DNA of 62,935 bases, the filler included, from Globobulimina sp. (lineage: Eukaryota), in the NCBI GenBank assembly GCA_003354225.1. It is 46 parts of 46 records of this genome, joined end to end, with 100 filler letters (N's around TTAATTAATTAA, not from the genome) between each part and the next. Parts side by side here need not be neighbours in the genome. Positions count along the whole stretch, not along the records: positions 34,273 to 35,542 come from PIVH01019730.1; positions 35,643 to 36,912 come from PIVH01019731.1; positions 37,013 to 38,282 come from PIVH01019732.1; positions 38,383 to 39,652 come from PIVH01019733.1; positions 39,753 to 41,022 come from PIVH01019734.1; positions 41,123 to 42,392 come from PIVH01019735.1; positions 42,493 to 43,762 come from PIVH01019736.1; positions 43,863 to 45,132 come from PIVH01019737.1; 38 more parts are not named here. One strand, given 5' to 3'. The translations under genes and the position numbers were made by a program. The notes under the pieces are model-generated. The model did no database searches. It was not told the origin of the DNA and saw only the letters and a list, made by a program, of their open reading frames with translations. Positions 34,296 to 45,947 of the stretch are shown in pieces (within the stretch, counting starts at the first letter, position 1; every line of letters starts with the position of its first letter).

Positions 34296-35429
34296 GTGAT
34301 GGCTAATATTCCGCTGGCGTATTATGGTTGTATTATGGCATTGGGATTCTTATTTATCATTGTTTTCAGTTACATTGTATTGACTGTGATAACCAAGGTA
34401 AAATCACCACAGTGGTACAGTACTTTAACAATTGCTGTCTGTATTTGGATCACTCAAATTTTGGATAGACTTACCTCTGATTTATTTCTCAATGATTTGA
34501 TAATTCCATTCTCCGATTCATGTTCAGATGGGGAATCATGTTTGCAGTGCGATGTGTTTGGAAAAATGAGTTATATCCTTCGTTCCATCAGATGGTTTTT
34601 GATTGCTGCACTTCTTATTTCGATTTTGAAAACGTATCGCAACCAGCTGGGAGTTACATCCAACACTATCAAATTTTTAGAAATTTGGATCTGTTTCTTA
34701 TTGATTTTGGGAATTTGCTTGGCCTGTATTCTCGATTTATTTCGTATTGAATCGTTAAATAACTCTGATGGCTATCATATTTGCGTCCCTGTGCACTCTG
34801 ATGATCCCAAAGATGCTGGGGAATTGATGGTGTTCTTAAGCTTATTGTTTGATGCCTGCGTTATACTCACAATAATTACGGCGATATACGTTGGTGTCAG
34901 ATTCGTTTATAAAACCAGAGTATTTTTGAAATCCACTGCACGCAATTTCGAATCAGAAACGTTTGCTATCCGCATATCCGCAATTGGGGCCAAAATCATT
35001 CGTTATTCTATATTACTCACGTTTTATTTTGCGGTTAGTCTGCTGTTAAAACAGGTTTTATTTTTTTCTCTGAGAGCATCAATTGGAAGCGAGGTAGATT
35101 ACTCCACAAATCCTATTTTTTCAGCAGTGGATGGATTTTTAGTGTATATGTTTTTCCCATTTGGTGATACACTGTATAGTTCAGTATTTGGTTGTTTACA
35201 GAAATTATTTGAGAAGAAATGGAATGTATATAACATACCACGAAGAAGTGTACCTGAACAGGTTCCCATCCCGAGCTTTCCGAACAGTCCGACGAATATT
35301 AGTTTCCACCGACGACAGGATTTATCAGTGATTCCGGAAGAGAGCATGAATGCAGAGATTTCAATGGATGCAGTGACTGAGTTTACTCAAACGGAAGTTT
35401 CAACGAACTTGAGTCTGGATTGTATTTGA
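34296..35429 (+). CDS. 7TM GPCR-like protein
   Basis: Seven hydrophobic segments, Cys in extracellular loops, Ser/Pro-rich tail. Confidence 0.7.
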   Translation: MMANIPLAYYGCIMALGFLFIIVFSYIVLTVITKVKSPQWYSTLTIAVCIWITQILDRLTSDLFLNDLIIPFSDSCSDGESCLQCDVFGKMSYILRSIRWFLIAALLISILKTYRNQLGVTSNTIKFLEIWICFLLILGICLACILDLFRIESLNNSDGYHICVPVHSDDPKDAGELMVFLSLLFDACVILTIITAIYVGVRFVYKTRVFLKSTARNFESETFAIRISAIGAKIIRYSILLTFYFAVSLLLKQVLFFSLRASIGSEVDYSTNPIFSAVDGFLVYMFFPFGDTLYSSVFGCLQKLFEKKWNVYNIPRRSVPEQVPIPSFPNSPTNISFHRRQDLSVIPEESMNAEISMDAVTEFTQTEVSTNLSLDCI

Positions 35430-35761
35430 AGGGATAAAGACACGATAATTGATGTAAATTTGAATCTATTTTTTTCTATTTACTAGTTCTCTGTAAATGT
35501 CCGCTTGGTTTGTAAAACCCAGATATCCACCACTCGTCGCAANNNNNNNNNNNNNNNNNNNNNNNNNNNNNNNNNNNNNNNNNNNNTTAATTAATTAANN
35601 NNNNNNNNNNNNNNNNNNNNNNNNNNNNNNNNNNNNNNNNNNAGAGAGAAATGGTTATATCATTGTCGTTACTGTAATATTTAAAATTAATGATAAATTC
35701 AGTTTATAGTCTTGTAATAGGGTTATCATACTTTTTTTTTCTTTAGACTGCGTAGTAAACC

Positions 35762-36912
35762 ATGGAAATAAAAAGTGCTCTCCACAGACAATCGCCATTT
35801 GATAACTACCACTTAGTTTTCGATATATTACACTGCATATTTCGAGCAGGCGATGAAACCAAATCGTTATTCTCCATTTATGATAACACCACACAGCGGT
35901 TTATCACCAAACAATTTTGCCTACACCTTACAACAAACAACTTTCCAACCATTGGATCCCCAGATGACCAAAAAGTATTATTCCAAAATCTATCGTATGA
36001 GGACATAAACCATGATTTATATATAATAGCTTATATTTATCGAAGTGGTGCTTTGAGAAACCCAAATCGTGACAGAAAACAAAGCAAAAAAAGGCATTTT
36101 CAACACATATTAAGACCATATGGTGCCGCAATATTTAAATTAAAGGATCATATCAAACCATTAAGAGATCGATTAGGTAAAACTATTGCAATTGAACCAG
36201 GCGAAGCCGCTGTTTATCAAAGAATTTACAATGAACAAAACGAAAAAGAGTTTGTCGAGCTGCCTTTTGATATTATCAATGGAAATACGAATAAATATTA
36301 CATAGCACCAATGTCCATTGGCATTGCTCATAATTATACGCTATACAACGGGCCAACGGATATTGTTGAAAAAGAATATAAATTTTATGATAAATTGACT
36401 ATTATTCAACCAGTCGCAAATATTGATAAAAATATGCTGATTGTCACTCTTTTGAACGCGCGTGTTTCTCAAAAGAGAAAGGGCTCGGAATCTAATGTTC
36501 AAATTCGAATGAGTTTAAGACATAATATTTCATATAAAAAAAGGCCAAACTGCATCAGATTTGGTATTGGAGCAATGGCACCGCTTCAAGATGAAGCCGA
36601 AAGTGTTGTATTTTATCATGATAATAATCCCATTTTCCAACAAACATTTACGGTGTTCATACCAAGGGATATTAATGAATTGGCACATTTTCATTTATAT
36701 TTTGGTGCTTGGCATGTGAAAGAGAGAAAAAATAAAAAAAATGATAAGGGATTTGGGTTTATTAAATTGGTTGACATTTTATCTTCAAATTATAAAGAAT
36801 GTACATTATCGTTATATACAAATAATAAAAAAATTACAAATCAGTACTTACGTATTCATGAAAACAATGGGAAACTCCATTCCCTTCAGCACCGGGGACT
36901 GGGACGCCGCCG
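35762..36912 (+). CDS. DOCK-family GEF fragment (N-terminal region + C2/DHR-1)
   Basis: RPYGAAIF, SVVFYHDNNPIFQQTF, FHLYF...H, FGFIKL. Confidence 0.8.
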
Positions 36913-37012
36913 NNNNNNNNNNNNNNNNNNNNNNNNNNNNNNNNNNNNNNNNNNNNTTAATTAATTAANNNNNNNNNNNNNNNNNNNNNNNNNNNNNNNN
37001 NNNNNNNNNNNN

Positions 37013-37996
37013 TACATTCAAAGCATCCCAATTAAAGTCTCCAACAACATAAGTATGATCGCGTTGAGTGCTAAGATCTGCGAAAAAATTTGTCATTTGA
37101 TCAGAAAATTGTTCTTCTTGGATGAGCGACTGATTTGGTGGCCTGTAGCCTGTTGAAATAATAACTGAACCACGTTTGACTCTGACCTGGATAGAAAGGA
37201 GCTCAATATCCGGAATGTCACGAATTCGTCTAGCAATGAGTGTTTTCTTACAGTAAATGGCCACACCTCCGCCATTTACGTTTCTGTCTCTTCGGAAAAG
37301 ATCATAACCGGGAATATCAAAATTGTCAACAATATTTGGGCCTAACTTTGTTTCATTCAAGCAAAATGCGGCATAATCATATGACTGTAGTAGACCGCAT
37401 AATTCATTGTATTTTCCACGGAGTGAGTTAATATTTGCAAAACCAATTAATAAAGATCCTAGAGGTGGCGGTTTAGGATCCACTAAATCGATAACAGGAA
37501 GAGTGGGATGTTGGTTGAATGAAAGGTCAAAACCAGGAAGCAAATTAATGTCATATCCATCTCGAGTTAAGCAAGCATCTGAGCAATGATATGGCCGTCC
37601 TTGATGACGGATAGCCCAGAGATCACATTGACGAAGGCCTGTACATTTGGCGTGTGTTTTTTCAATGCAAACAGTACACGAAATAGGCTTTGAACGACGA
37701 TCAAAAGTATGATGACAAATGACACAATTACTGATTTCCGGGCCAGGGTTTGAAGCGATGTCTCCAGATAACAGCAAAAGTAACAATTTTGTAGAAATAG
37801 TACTTTTTGACGGTGATGGGATTCGTCTTTTATTGATTTGGCATAGAAAAGTTTCATCATATGGCGGCAAATTCAAAGATGAATTAATGACGGCCTCGTT
37901 TGTTGAAGTATGAGAAGGGGCAGACAACTTTGTAGTGATAAACATATAGACAGCGAGGGTGAGAAAGGACGACAAAAACCGGTTCTTCATGTCCAA
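37013..37996 (-). mobile_element. CR1/L2-type LINE ORF2 N-terminus: 2A-like motif, PHD finger, APE endonuclease
   Basis: LLLLLSGDIASNPGP; CVIC...CTVC...HAKC...C; NINSL, LNETKL, RRDRNVNGGGVAIY, YRPP, GDFN. Confidence 0.92.
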
Positions 37997-38218
37997 TGTT
38001 AATATAAATTGAAATAAATGAATAAATAGAAATTAGCCAAGAAATGTCAAAATTAGTTCTCAAATTCTAATTTTAAATAGATAATCTTGTGCAGGATCAG
38101 GAAAGGAATAAATTGATACGAAAATTAAGTTATAAAGATTAAAATTGATGTAGAAAAAGCATAAATGAATTGTTGCAAACAGAGAGAAAAATGAGAGTGC
38201 AACCGACAGCTAGCGAGC

Positions 38219-38276
38219 AACCAACCTACATCCCGCCGTATGTAAAGAACCAACCTACATCCAACCGTATGTAAAG
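38219..38276. repeat. 29-bp tandem repeat (2 copies) with internal TACAT/ATGTA stem
   Basis: AACCAACCTACATCC(CG/AA)CCGTATGTAAAG twice at the contig end. Confidence 0.8.
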
Positions 38277-38706
38277 AAGAACNNNNNNNNNNNNNNNNNN
38301 NNNNNNNNNNNNNNNNNNNNNNNNNNTTAATTAATTAANNNNNNNNNNNNNNNNNNNNNNNNNNNNNNNNNNNNNNNNNNNNAGCTCATGTACCTATTAT
38401 AATTATGATGAGAACTGCTTGTGCATTGTAATTTTGTAAACAACTTCTGTATTGTAATAGAGTAAACAAGTCGTGTGCTGTAATTGTGTATTGTAGTTGT
38501 GTGTCGTCAGCTTGTGTATTGTATTGCAAAACAGTTCACGTATTTCAATTGTGTCAAAAAGTTGAGTTTTGTAATAGATTAATGCGTAATGTATAAATTG
38601 TGTAATCTGATAGTGTCCACGAAATGATAGACATTTTATTGACGTATGCGCATGTAAAAATTGCGCATTTTTCTCGTTATTTAAAATTCAAATTAAACAT
38701 GATAAA

Positions 38707-38802
38707 GGTGGGCTCAATGGAGATGATCGTGGTAATATTTCTGTTCTATTAGTCAATTTAGGTGTGGATTTATTTTCTGTAAAACGAGGTGACCTAACAG
38801 CA
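38707..38802 (+). pseudogene. dut: dUTPase fragment
   Basis: GGLNGDDRGNISVLLVNLGVDLFSVKRGDLTA matches motifs 3-4 (GVIDxDYRG...F.VKxGDRIAQ). Confidence 0.65.
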
Positions 38803-38878
38803 CCCACCCGTTCTCAATACTTTGTCTATAATTATAACTTTTGGAGATGTATATATTATTATAGTTTTTTGATTTGTA

Positions 38879-39283
38879 TTTCAAGGGAAGGGTAAGACAT
38901 ATTTGTATATGATGATTGATGATTATTTTTCATCTCGCCTTCCGCTTTGATCTATTCACCCAAATAAGATGCGTGTCAGAACGCAGTTTACAAGAAGCAT
39001 GGTATATTTTCACGATGGTGACGTAAATTTGACAAACCAAACAATATAAACTGCTTCGCGGCGTGTATCCAAAAGCTTTCGAATATCATTGCATATTCTA
39101 TTTAAAAGTGTCTGCCGAAACCTCGATTGAGAGGGTCAAAAAGAGAAAAAGAGCTATTATCTGTTCTATTCCGAGATCAACAAAGAAAGTAACGTTTTCC
39201 CTAATGTCATTGAAATCGATGCTGAGCAATCGTCAGAGGAAGTTAATCAACAATTAGTGTACCATATCACCAATATGATTTAG
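38879..39283 (+). pseudogene. Deoxynucleoside/NMP kinase remnant
   Basis: In shifting frames: QGKGKT, VSERSLQEAWYIF, IFYLKVSAETSIERVKKRKR, VIEIDAEQSSEEV. Confidence 0.6.
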
Positions 39284-39752
39284 ATTTAACTCATCTTCCC
39301 TCTTCTGTAATGCAGTAGACAGTATAGGAAATACGTATATATGATGTCTTCTTCACATTTGTATTCCACCATATGGACATACAATAGAATAGTTTCCATA
39401 CATTACAGTCTGCTTGCAAAACTATATTTATGGCAAGGCGTGCAAAAATTTAGGACATTCTACCGTTGCAATGCTAACAGATATACTATTAGTAACATTT
39501 ATGTAACTTTGCGAAATAATCTGCATTTATATTTATAGCATCTTTATTTAGCATAGCGCTCAGCGATAACCACACAATTAGTATTTATACTTGTTTTACT
39601 CAAATTGGCTTTGCTTTTATGTTTTTACAGATATTTGTATTTATTTCTTATANNNNNNNNNNNNNNNNNNNNNNNNNNNNNNNNNNNNNNNNNNNNTTAA
39701 TTAATTAANNNNNNNNNNNNNNNNNNNNNNNNNNNNNNNNNNNNNNNNNNNN

Positions 39753-40834
39753 TGTGCTTTTATAACTTTATTCTTTAAGTCTGTATTAATAATCTTAAAC
39801 ATCGCATAAAACTTTGTAATAAAACTGTTTTGTTTATTACTTTCAATGTATTTGCAATATTTATATATCATTTGCTTAATAAAAGTAACTTCCTCCCTTC
39901 GCATTGATTTTATAATATATTTACCATCAAAAGAATAAAAAAACTGCGACCCTGACAACGAGGAACATTTTTTATTGATTTCCAATAAATGATTTGCACG
40001 GAACGAAGCAACAAAATCCGGCAATGAAATATCATACAATTCTCGCAAATCTGTAAATAATTTCGGAAAATAACATTTTATTTTGATATTTTGCAGCGTT
40101 TCCTCGAAATATTGCGATTCGTCATTATATGTGGCAAAGTCCTGTAACTTCTGTGATGATATGATCGCAATTCGCAAATCTTCACCAATGCCTTGCTTGT
40201 GACGGGCATAATATTTCGTCCATGGAGCAATGTATGATTTTATTTGGCTTTTTTTGCAATTGTTTTTGTCATTTTTTGGCGTAATATTATCTTGGAAGTA
40301 ATCAACCAAAATTACACTTTGTTCCGTTTCTAATCCGGCGGTGAAGACAACTTCTTTGAATTCATCGATATCACAGTTGTGACTGTTGTAATTCTTATTA
40401 TTTGTTTGCGTGTATAATTTATCATTTTCTTTTTCTAATTTATGAATTTGTTGTAATAGATTAAATTTCTCTGCTTGCATCTCATTAAATTTTAGCAGTA
40501 ATAAATCAATCAAATGTTCAAATTCTGCGATTTTAGATTGATTATTTATGTGTGTTTTCATGTCAAATAAGGACGACACGATGTTATCTAAACGCATTAC
40601 GGATGGCATATTTGAAGGTTGTTCTGTTTTGTTATTGAATTCTAGACTGCCATGGGAACTGTTTGGATTTGAAGGAGCTGAGCCATAGCCTTTAATGACA
40701 TGAATTAGTCCTGGTGTTACAGGCGTGTTATTGGGGTTGTTATTTAAGATAATGTTTGTTTCGTCATCTGAGTCTGACCATCGTGCACGTAAATCATCTC
40801 TCTTGTATTCTTTATTTTGGTGTTCTGAAGCCAT
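39753..40834 (-). CDS. Phosphatidylinositol-phosphate 5-kinase family protein, 3' partial
   Basis: YFPKLFTDLRELYDI, SGSQFFYSFDGKYIIKSM, SFITKFYAMF. Confidence 0.88.
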
Positions 40835-41122
40835 GTTAACACTGAACAGTAAAAAAAACTTTTAGGTAAAGATTATGGTTTTTTTGAATTGACTACTGCC
40901 AATTAAGTTCGGAGGTTAAACATTCGAAAGCATGTCACCTTTACAGTCACTTCTAGCCGAGATTGGATTTTTAAACTACGAAACATCTATGAAACATATG
41001 CATATGCTATCTTGGTTTAAAANNNNNNNNNNNNNNNNNNNNNNNNNNNNNNNNNNNNNNNNNNNNTTAATTAATTAANNNNNNNNNNNNNNNNNNNNNN
41101 NNNNNNNNNNNNNNNNNNNNNN

Positions 41123-42274
41123 TTATATTTATCAGGAAATTTATTAAATATTGAGTCAAATAACTATTTTGAAGCCAAATCTGGATTAATTACATTGAAT
41201 TGGTATAGAAAATGTAATATTAATCTATTTAAGTACTCTTTTATCAATATTGATATTATTAAATTGATTGCAGTGTATACAATAATTAAGAAACAAAATG
41301 ATATCCGTTCCTTTTGTATAACGCAAATCGTATCAAATACAAAGAAATCAATCAAATCGAAAAAGGCAATAAATGGTTGCTTTGGTTGTGTCAAAAATTG
41401 TGGGATTTGCACAACAAAAAATAGAAACGGTACACAATTATTACTATTCGGTGACTTTTATATTTCATCAAAACTAAATCGGAAAATTAACATTAAACAA
41501 CATTTTAATTGCAACTCAAAATGGATTATTTATATTATGGTTTGTATAAATTGCGGCATTGAATCGATTGGTTCGACGCAAAATTATGCAAAAACCAGAA
41601 TAAATCAACATAAAAACGCAATTATTAATAATAAGGATGCCTTCAAATATCCCATGGTCCGACATTTTAATCGTATAAATTCAGATTGTTATGATGAAGA
41701 AAATAAATTAAAGAATTGTCGTTTTATGATTTTAGATGGATTACAAAACAAAAACACAATTTCGTTCCAAGCAGCAGACCAAAGATTAAATAAATTGGAG
41801 ATTAAATATCAGGGAGATTTATTAACACACTTTAAATCCGGGAACGATAAGAAAGACTTTAATAATAAAGGCTTGAATCGCCGTAACTTCACAACTAAAT
41901 ACAATAAATACAACAAAGAGATTAGAATCGATAGAGAGAGAGGAAGAAATTTGATTAAATTATGGAATATTAATTGGATATTAAACAAAGAGACAAATAT
42001 CTATGTCTTTAACACACACAAACTATACAAATTACATTTTAATAAAGCAAATAAAATCAAATATCATAAAATCTATATTAAAACACAAAACACTAAAAAT
42101 AAAAACAAAAACAACAAAAATAGTATTTTATCAGAAGTCAATAAAATCGTCGCTGTGAACGTGTTTCTAAAAATAAAGTTTTTGAGTGGGGGCGCATCTT
42201 TGGCGCGTAGCGCCGCGCCCCCACTCAAAAACTTTATTTTTAGAAACACGGCTCACAGCCACGATTTCTATTGA
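41123..42274 (+). mobile_element. Penelope-like element GIY-YIG endonuclease, 5' partial
   Basis: CVKNCGIC, NCNSKWIIYIMVCINCGIESIGST...RINQHK, VRHFN, LEIKYQ. Confidence 0.75.
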
Positions 42275-42283
42275 CTTCTGATA
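42129..42283. repeat. Long palindrome/foldback element (arms about 67 bp, 36-bp perfect core) with GCGTAGC mini-hairpin in the loop
   Basis: 42160-42195 is the perfect reverse complement of 42215-42250; arms extend imperfectly to TA at both ends. Confidence 0.9.
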
Positions 42284-42492
42284 CAATGTTTTATCAAAAA
42301 AAATGACCATACAGTGAATTTTATCATTACAGTGAATATTCAAAATATTTATGGTTTCGGGACTTTTGATTAGTTTCATGGGAAAAAATGTGNNNNNNNN
42401 NNNNNNNNNNNNNNNNNNNNNNNNNNNNNNNNNNNNTTAATTAATTAANNNNNNNNNNNNNNNNNNNNNNNNNNNNNNNNNNNNNNNNNNNN

Positions 42493-42796
42493 ATTGCATG
42501 TTTTTGCGAGAAAAAATCAACGAATTAAACAAGATAAACCTATCAAATTTGAAGCTACACGAACAATAAACAAGCATGCCACTGTAAGCGATATTGATGT
42601 ATTTGTAAGCGATATGGAAGAACCTGCTGTGACCACAGATGGAACTATGTTGGGTAAAATTAGTATACCAAACAAATACTTTCAACATGATAAAAAAATT
42701 GTAATTGAGTTTCATTTATACGACACTATAATGGAGATATCGGCATATCCAAAGAGTAATCCATCAGCAAAGGAAATGTTGGACTTGTTAATGTGA
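42493..42796 (+). CDS. C-terminal fragment, possibly HSPA12-like
   Basis: LGKISIP...IVIEFHLYDTIMEISAYP. Confidence 0.4.
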
Positions 42797-43061
42797 AAAA
42801 TGTAACTTAATGTTGGACTTGTGAATGTTTCATCACTGCTAAAATACATATTTCCTATTCCCCGTACTTTGATTTAACGCATGGTTTAGGTGGATTATCT
42901 TTTAAGTGGACCCTGTTCCACAACATGGCTCTTTTGGAAAGTAATTGTTGTGCAGTATGTGGTTTAATCATTCAACAAGGCACAATTATACACGGTCAAC
43001 AATATCATTATCAGTGTGTAAATCACATTGAAAAAGATACAGATCTTAATGCCGAAAGATT

Positions 43062-43742
43062 TTGGTCACTGATCGAGGACCCAACGCCAACAATGATATA
43101 AATAACAAACTATTTGGTTCAAAGATCCAATTGCAAACAGATGATGATAACAAATACAATGAAGGTGAGGAGATCCAATCTAATCATTCACGAAAAGAGT
43201 CTATAGTCCCAGCTATGAGTCAAAGACCGCATCTTCACTCTGCACTTTCTGCAGCGGGCATGGCAGAATATAAACTATTGAATGATATATGTGACATTAG
43301 AGATTGTTACAATGTGGCTGAGATTGCTATAATTTGTAGAAAATGTTCTAAACAATTATGTGGTCATTGTGTTAATTGGGAACAGCATGAGATTGATAAA
43401 AAGGGATATTTTTGTAAACAATGTACGACAAATTTATGTGAAATCACAGGCTGTGATCGAAGAGACTTTGGATTTATATGTGTTAAATGTAAGAAGAAAT
43501 TGTGCGCAGCGCATTGGAATCAGACTGATGAAGCAATACATTATTGTACTGAATGCGCAGCAAAAATATCTACACATTCTGTATTGATATTTAGTGTTGC
43601 AACGATTATAAATGCTGGATTTAATTGGTACTGGTTATCGTTGACAATATCAAAATTATCGGGCGATGCAATGGTTATCAACGTTGGCCTAAGATTACTA
43701 ACAAAGACATTGCAAATCTTGCAGTTGGTTTTTGCCATTTAA
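43062..43742 (+). CDS. Protein with two B-box-like Cys/His repeats followed by TM helices
   Basis: CxxxxC...CxxCxxxLCxxH/C...CxxC twice; hydrophobic C-terminus. Confidence 0.6.
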   Translation: MVTDRGPNANNDINNKLFGSKIQLQTDDDNKYNEGEEIQSNHSRKESIVPAMSQRPHLHSALSAAGMAEYKLLNDICDIRDCYNVAEIAIICRKCSKQLCGHCVNWEQHEIDKKGYFCKQCTTNLCEITGCDRRDFGFICVKCKKKLCAAHWNQTDEAIHYCTECAAKISTHSVLIFSVATIINAGFNWYWLSLTISKLSGDAMVINVGLRLLTKTLQILQLVFAI

Positions 43743-43862
43743 GTGTTTTCCCCGTTTATAATNNNNNNNNNNNNNNNNNNNNNNNNNNNNNNNNNNNNNN
43801 NNNNNNTTAATTAATTAANNNNNNNNNNNNNNNNNNNNNNNNNNNNNNNNNNNNNNNNNNNN

Positions 43863-44849
43863 CACCTGGTTCTTATGGACATTATACGCAGGATGCAAAT
43901 ACGCTGTCGGAATGGAAAGTTGATTTAATTAAAGTTACATAATTTCTTTACCATTTTTCACTTAATACATGTGATTCTATAGTTCGATGCATGCAGCAAA
44001 CCAAGCAATGAATCATGGCAAGATTTGAATACACAATTCTCGGTCGCATTGAATAAATCAGCACGTCCTATACTTTTGGAATTGGATGAAACGTTTTCGT
44101 TGCCTTCACCGGCATACCTACCTAACCTCTGTCAAGGTATACGAATTCGAGCAATACGTAATTAACATTGTTTGCATTTATTTTTTATATATTAAATATA
44201 AATAGCTTGGAAAATGGTGCCTGATCATAAGGATAATTGGGATGGTGCTCACAGCACTAAACTGATGATTTCATTGTTCACCAATCAAACATATATGAGT
44301 GGCCCTTATGGATGGGCCTATGGTGATTTTTTAATGACCGGAGGAGCGGGCTGCCCTGGCGACTTTAATGACGATCAGCATTTACATTGTCCCGGACAAA
44401 GTGATATTGAATACATGACTGAGTTTGCAGTTTATGCAATAATTGCTTCGCCATTGTTAGTAGCTACAGATATTCGAAATATGACAGATATTATGAAAAA
44501 AGTATTGTTAAATGAAGAGATTATTGCTGTGAATCAACAAGAAACGCCAGCTGGTAATTTAAAATATTATCATGAGTGTGCTAGTAACACTGAGGATGTT
44601 TGTCAGGTATGGTCAAGGAAATTAAGTCAAACTGATACAGTGGCAGTGATGTTGTTGAATATTGATGATGGACCGCATGGAATAACGGTGGAATTTGATA
44701 AATTGGATATGGGTTGGACTAATACGACAAAAGTTGATGTTAGGGATTTATGGGAACATAAGGATGTTGGAACATTTAGGGGATATTTTGCTACTCAAAT
44801 TGTTCCGCATGGTAATTTTTTTGCTAAATTAACTCTTGCAAATACATAG
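43863..44849 (+). CDS. GH27 alpha-galactosidase/alpha-N-acetylgalactosaminidase, 5' partial; introns 43934-43982 and 44137-44205
   Basis: PGSYGHYTQDA...WKVDLIK|FDAC, ASPLLVATDIR, NEEIIAVNQ, QVWSR, VRDLW, VPHG. Confidence 0.93.
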
Positions 44850-44870
44850 GAATTAGGAAATATATTTTAA

Positions 44871-45070
44871 AGGCGTTGTCCCAACTTGTAGAATTCTACA
44901 ACATTTCATGTACAAGACTGTGCATGACTTGTAGACTGTACATGACTTGTAGAAATGGCAACTTGTAAACTGTGGATAACAATATCCACTCTTTCTTTCA
45001 AATCTGAAGGTGTGCATGTTGGGAAAACTTTGAAACTACCTTTCAAATTCTACAAGTTGGGACAACGCCT
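44871..45070. mobile_element. 200-bp MITE with 25-bp TIR and TTAA TSD (Kolobok-like)
   Basis: TTAA|AGGCGTTGTCCCAACTTGTAGAATT ... AATTCTACAAGTTGGGACAACGCCT|TTAA. Confidence 0.88.
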
Positions 45071-45232
45071 TTAAATGATTGAGTTGCGTAACACGTCTGA
45101 CGTATACTGTATGTCCATGCATACTTTAGTTANNNNNNNNNNNNNNNNNNNNNNNNNNNNNNNNNNNNNNNNNNNNTTAATTAATTAANNNNNNNNNNNN
45201 NNNNNNNNNNNNNNNNNNNNNNNNNNNNNNNN

Positions 45233-45592
45233 ATTCCACCATTACCGTATGTAAATGCGTATGAATTTAATGAAGAAGTGGCATCCTCAGTTATCAGCGG
45301 TATTAATCACGCACAAAATCATGTTCTTCCGGATCGAATGACTGATATTAATACAAATAATAAACAATATAAAAAGTATCAATCGCAATTAAAGCAAGAA
45401 TATGAAAATGAAATTCAATGTAATGGACAAGAAGAGGTAAATGATGTTAATTTTAATGAGTTGATACAAGATTATAATACACCAAATATTGCATTTGGGC
45501 AAAGCAAACAAGAGCAAGATGCCATTATCCAAGCACAGCATAATAAATATGTACATCAAGCACCAGATTTAGTGAATATGGAGATTGATTAA
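45233..45592 (+). CDS. C-terminal fragment of unknown protein
   Basis: N/Q-rich ORF ending MEID*. Confidence 0.4.
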   Translation: MPPLPYVNAYEFNEEVASSVISGINHAQNHVLPDRMTDINTNNKQYKKYQSQLKQEYENEIQCNGQEEVNDVNFNELIQDYNTPNIAFGQSKQEQDAIIQAQHNKYVHQAPDLVNMEID

Positions 45593-45947
45593 TCTTGATA
45601 CTGGCTATAATTTCTGTAATTCTGTTGACTGTGGATTTTTCTTTTTAATTTGTTGTTACAGAATACTATTTATTCCGTATCAATTTTAATTTGTTACAGA
45701 ATACTTTTTAATTTGTGTAACGTATCAATTTATTCCATGTCAATAGTGATGACATTTAATTGTTTTGTGTGTCGACTGTCGATAATTTCGATTTGTTGTA
45801 ACATAGACAATATATCGGAGATCGGAGTTAAAAGTCAAACCAAATTTGTACATGTTATAGTCTCAAATGGCAAATCTAGTCCTTTGTGGTTGCAATATAT
45901 GGGACAGAAAAGACGATCCTAATCCGATTACAACAGAACCAATCACG

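Noticed and set aside
41123-42392. Hammerhead ribozyme expected near a Penelope-like element
   Set aside because: No CTGATGA...GAAA core with flanking stems found by eye
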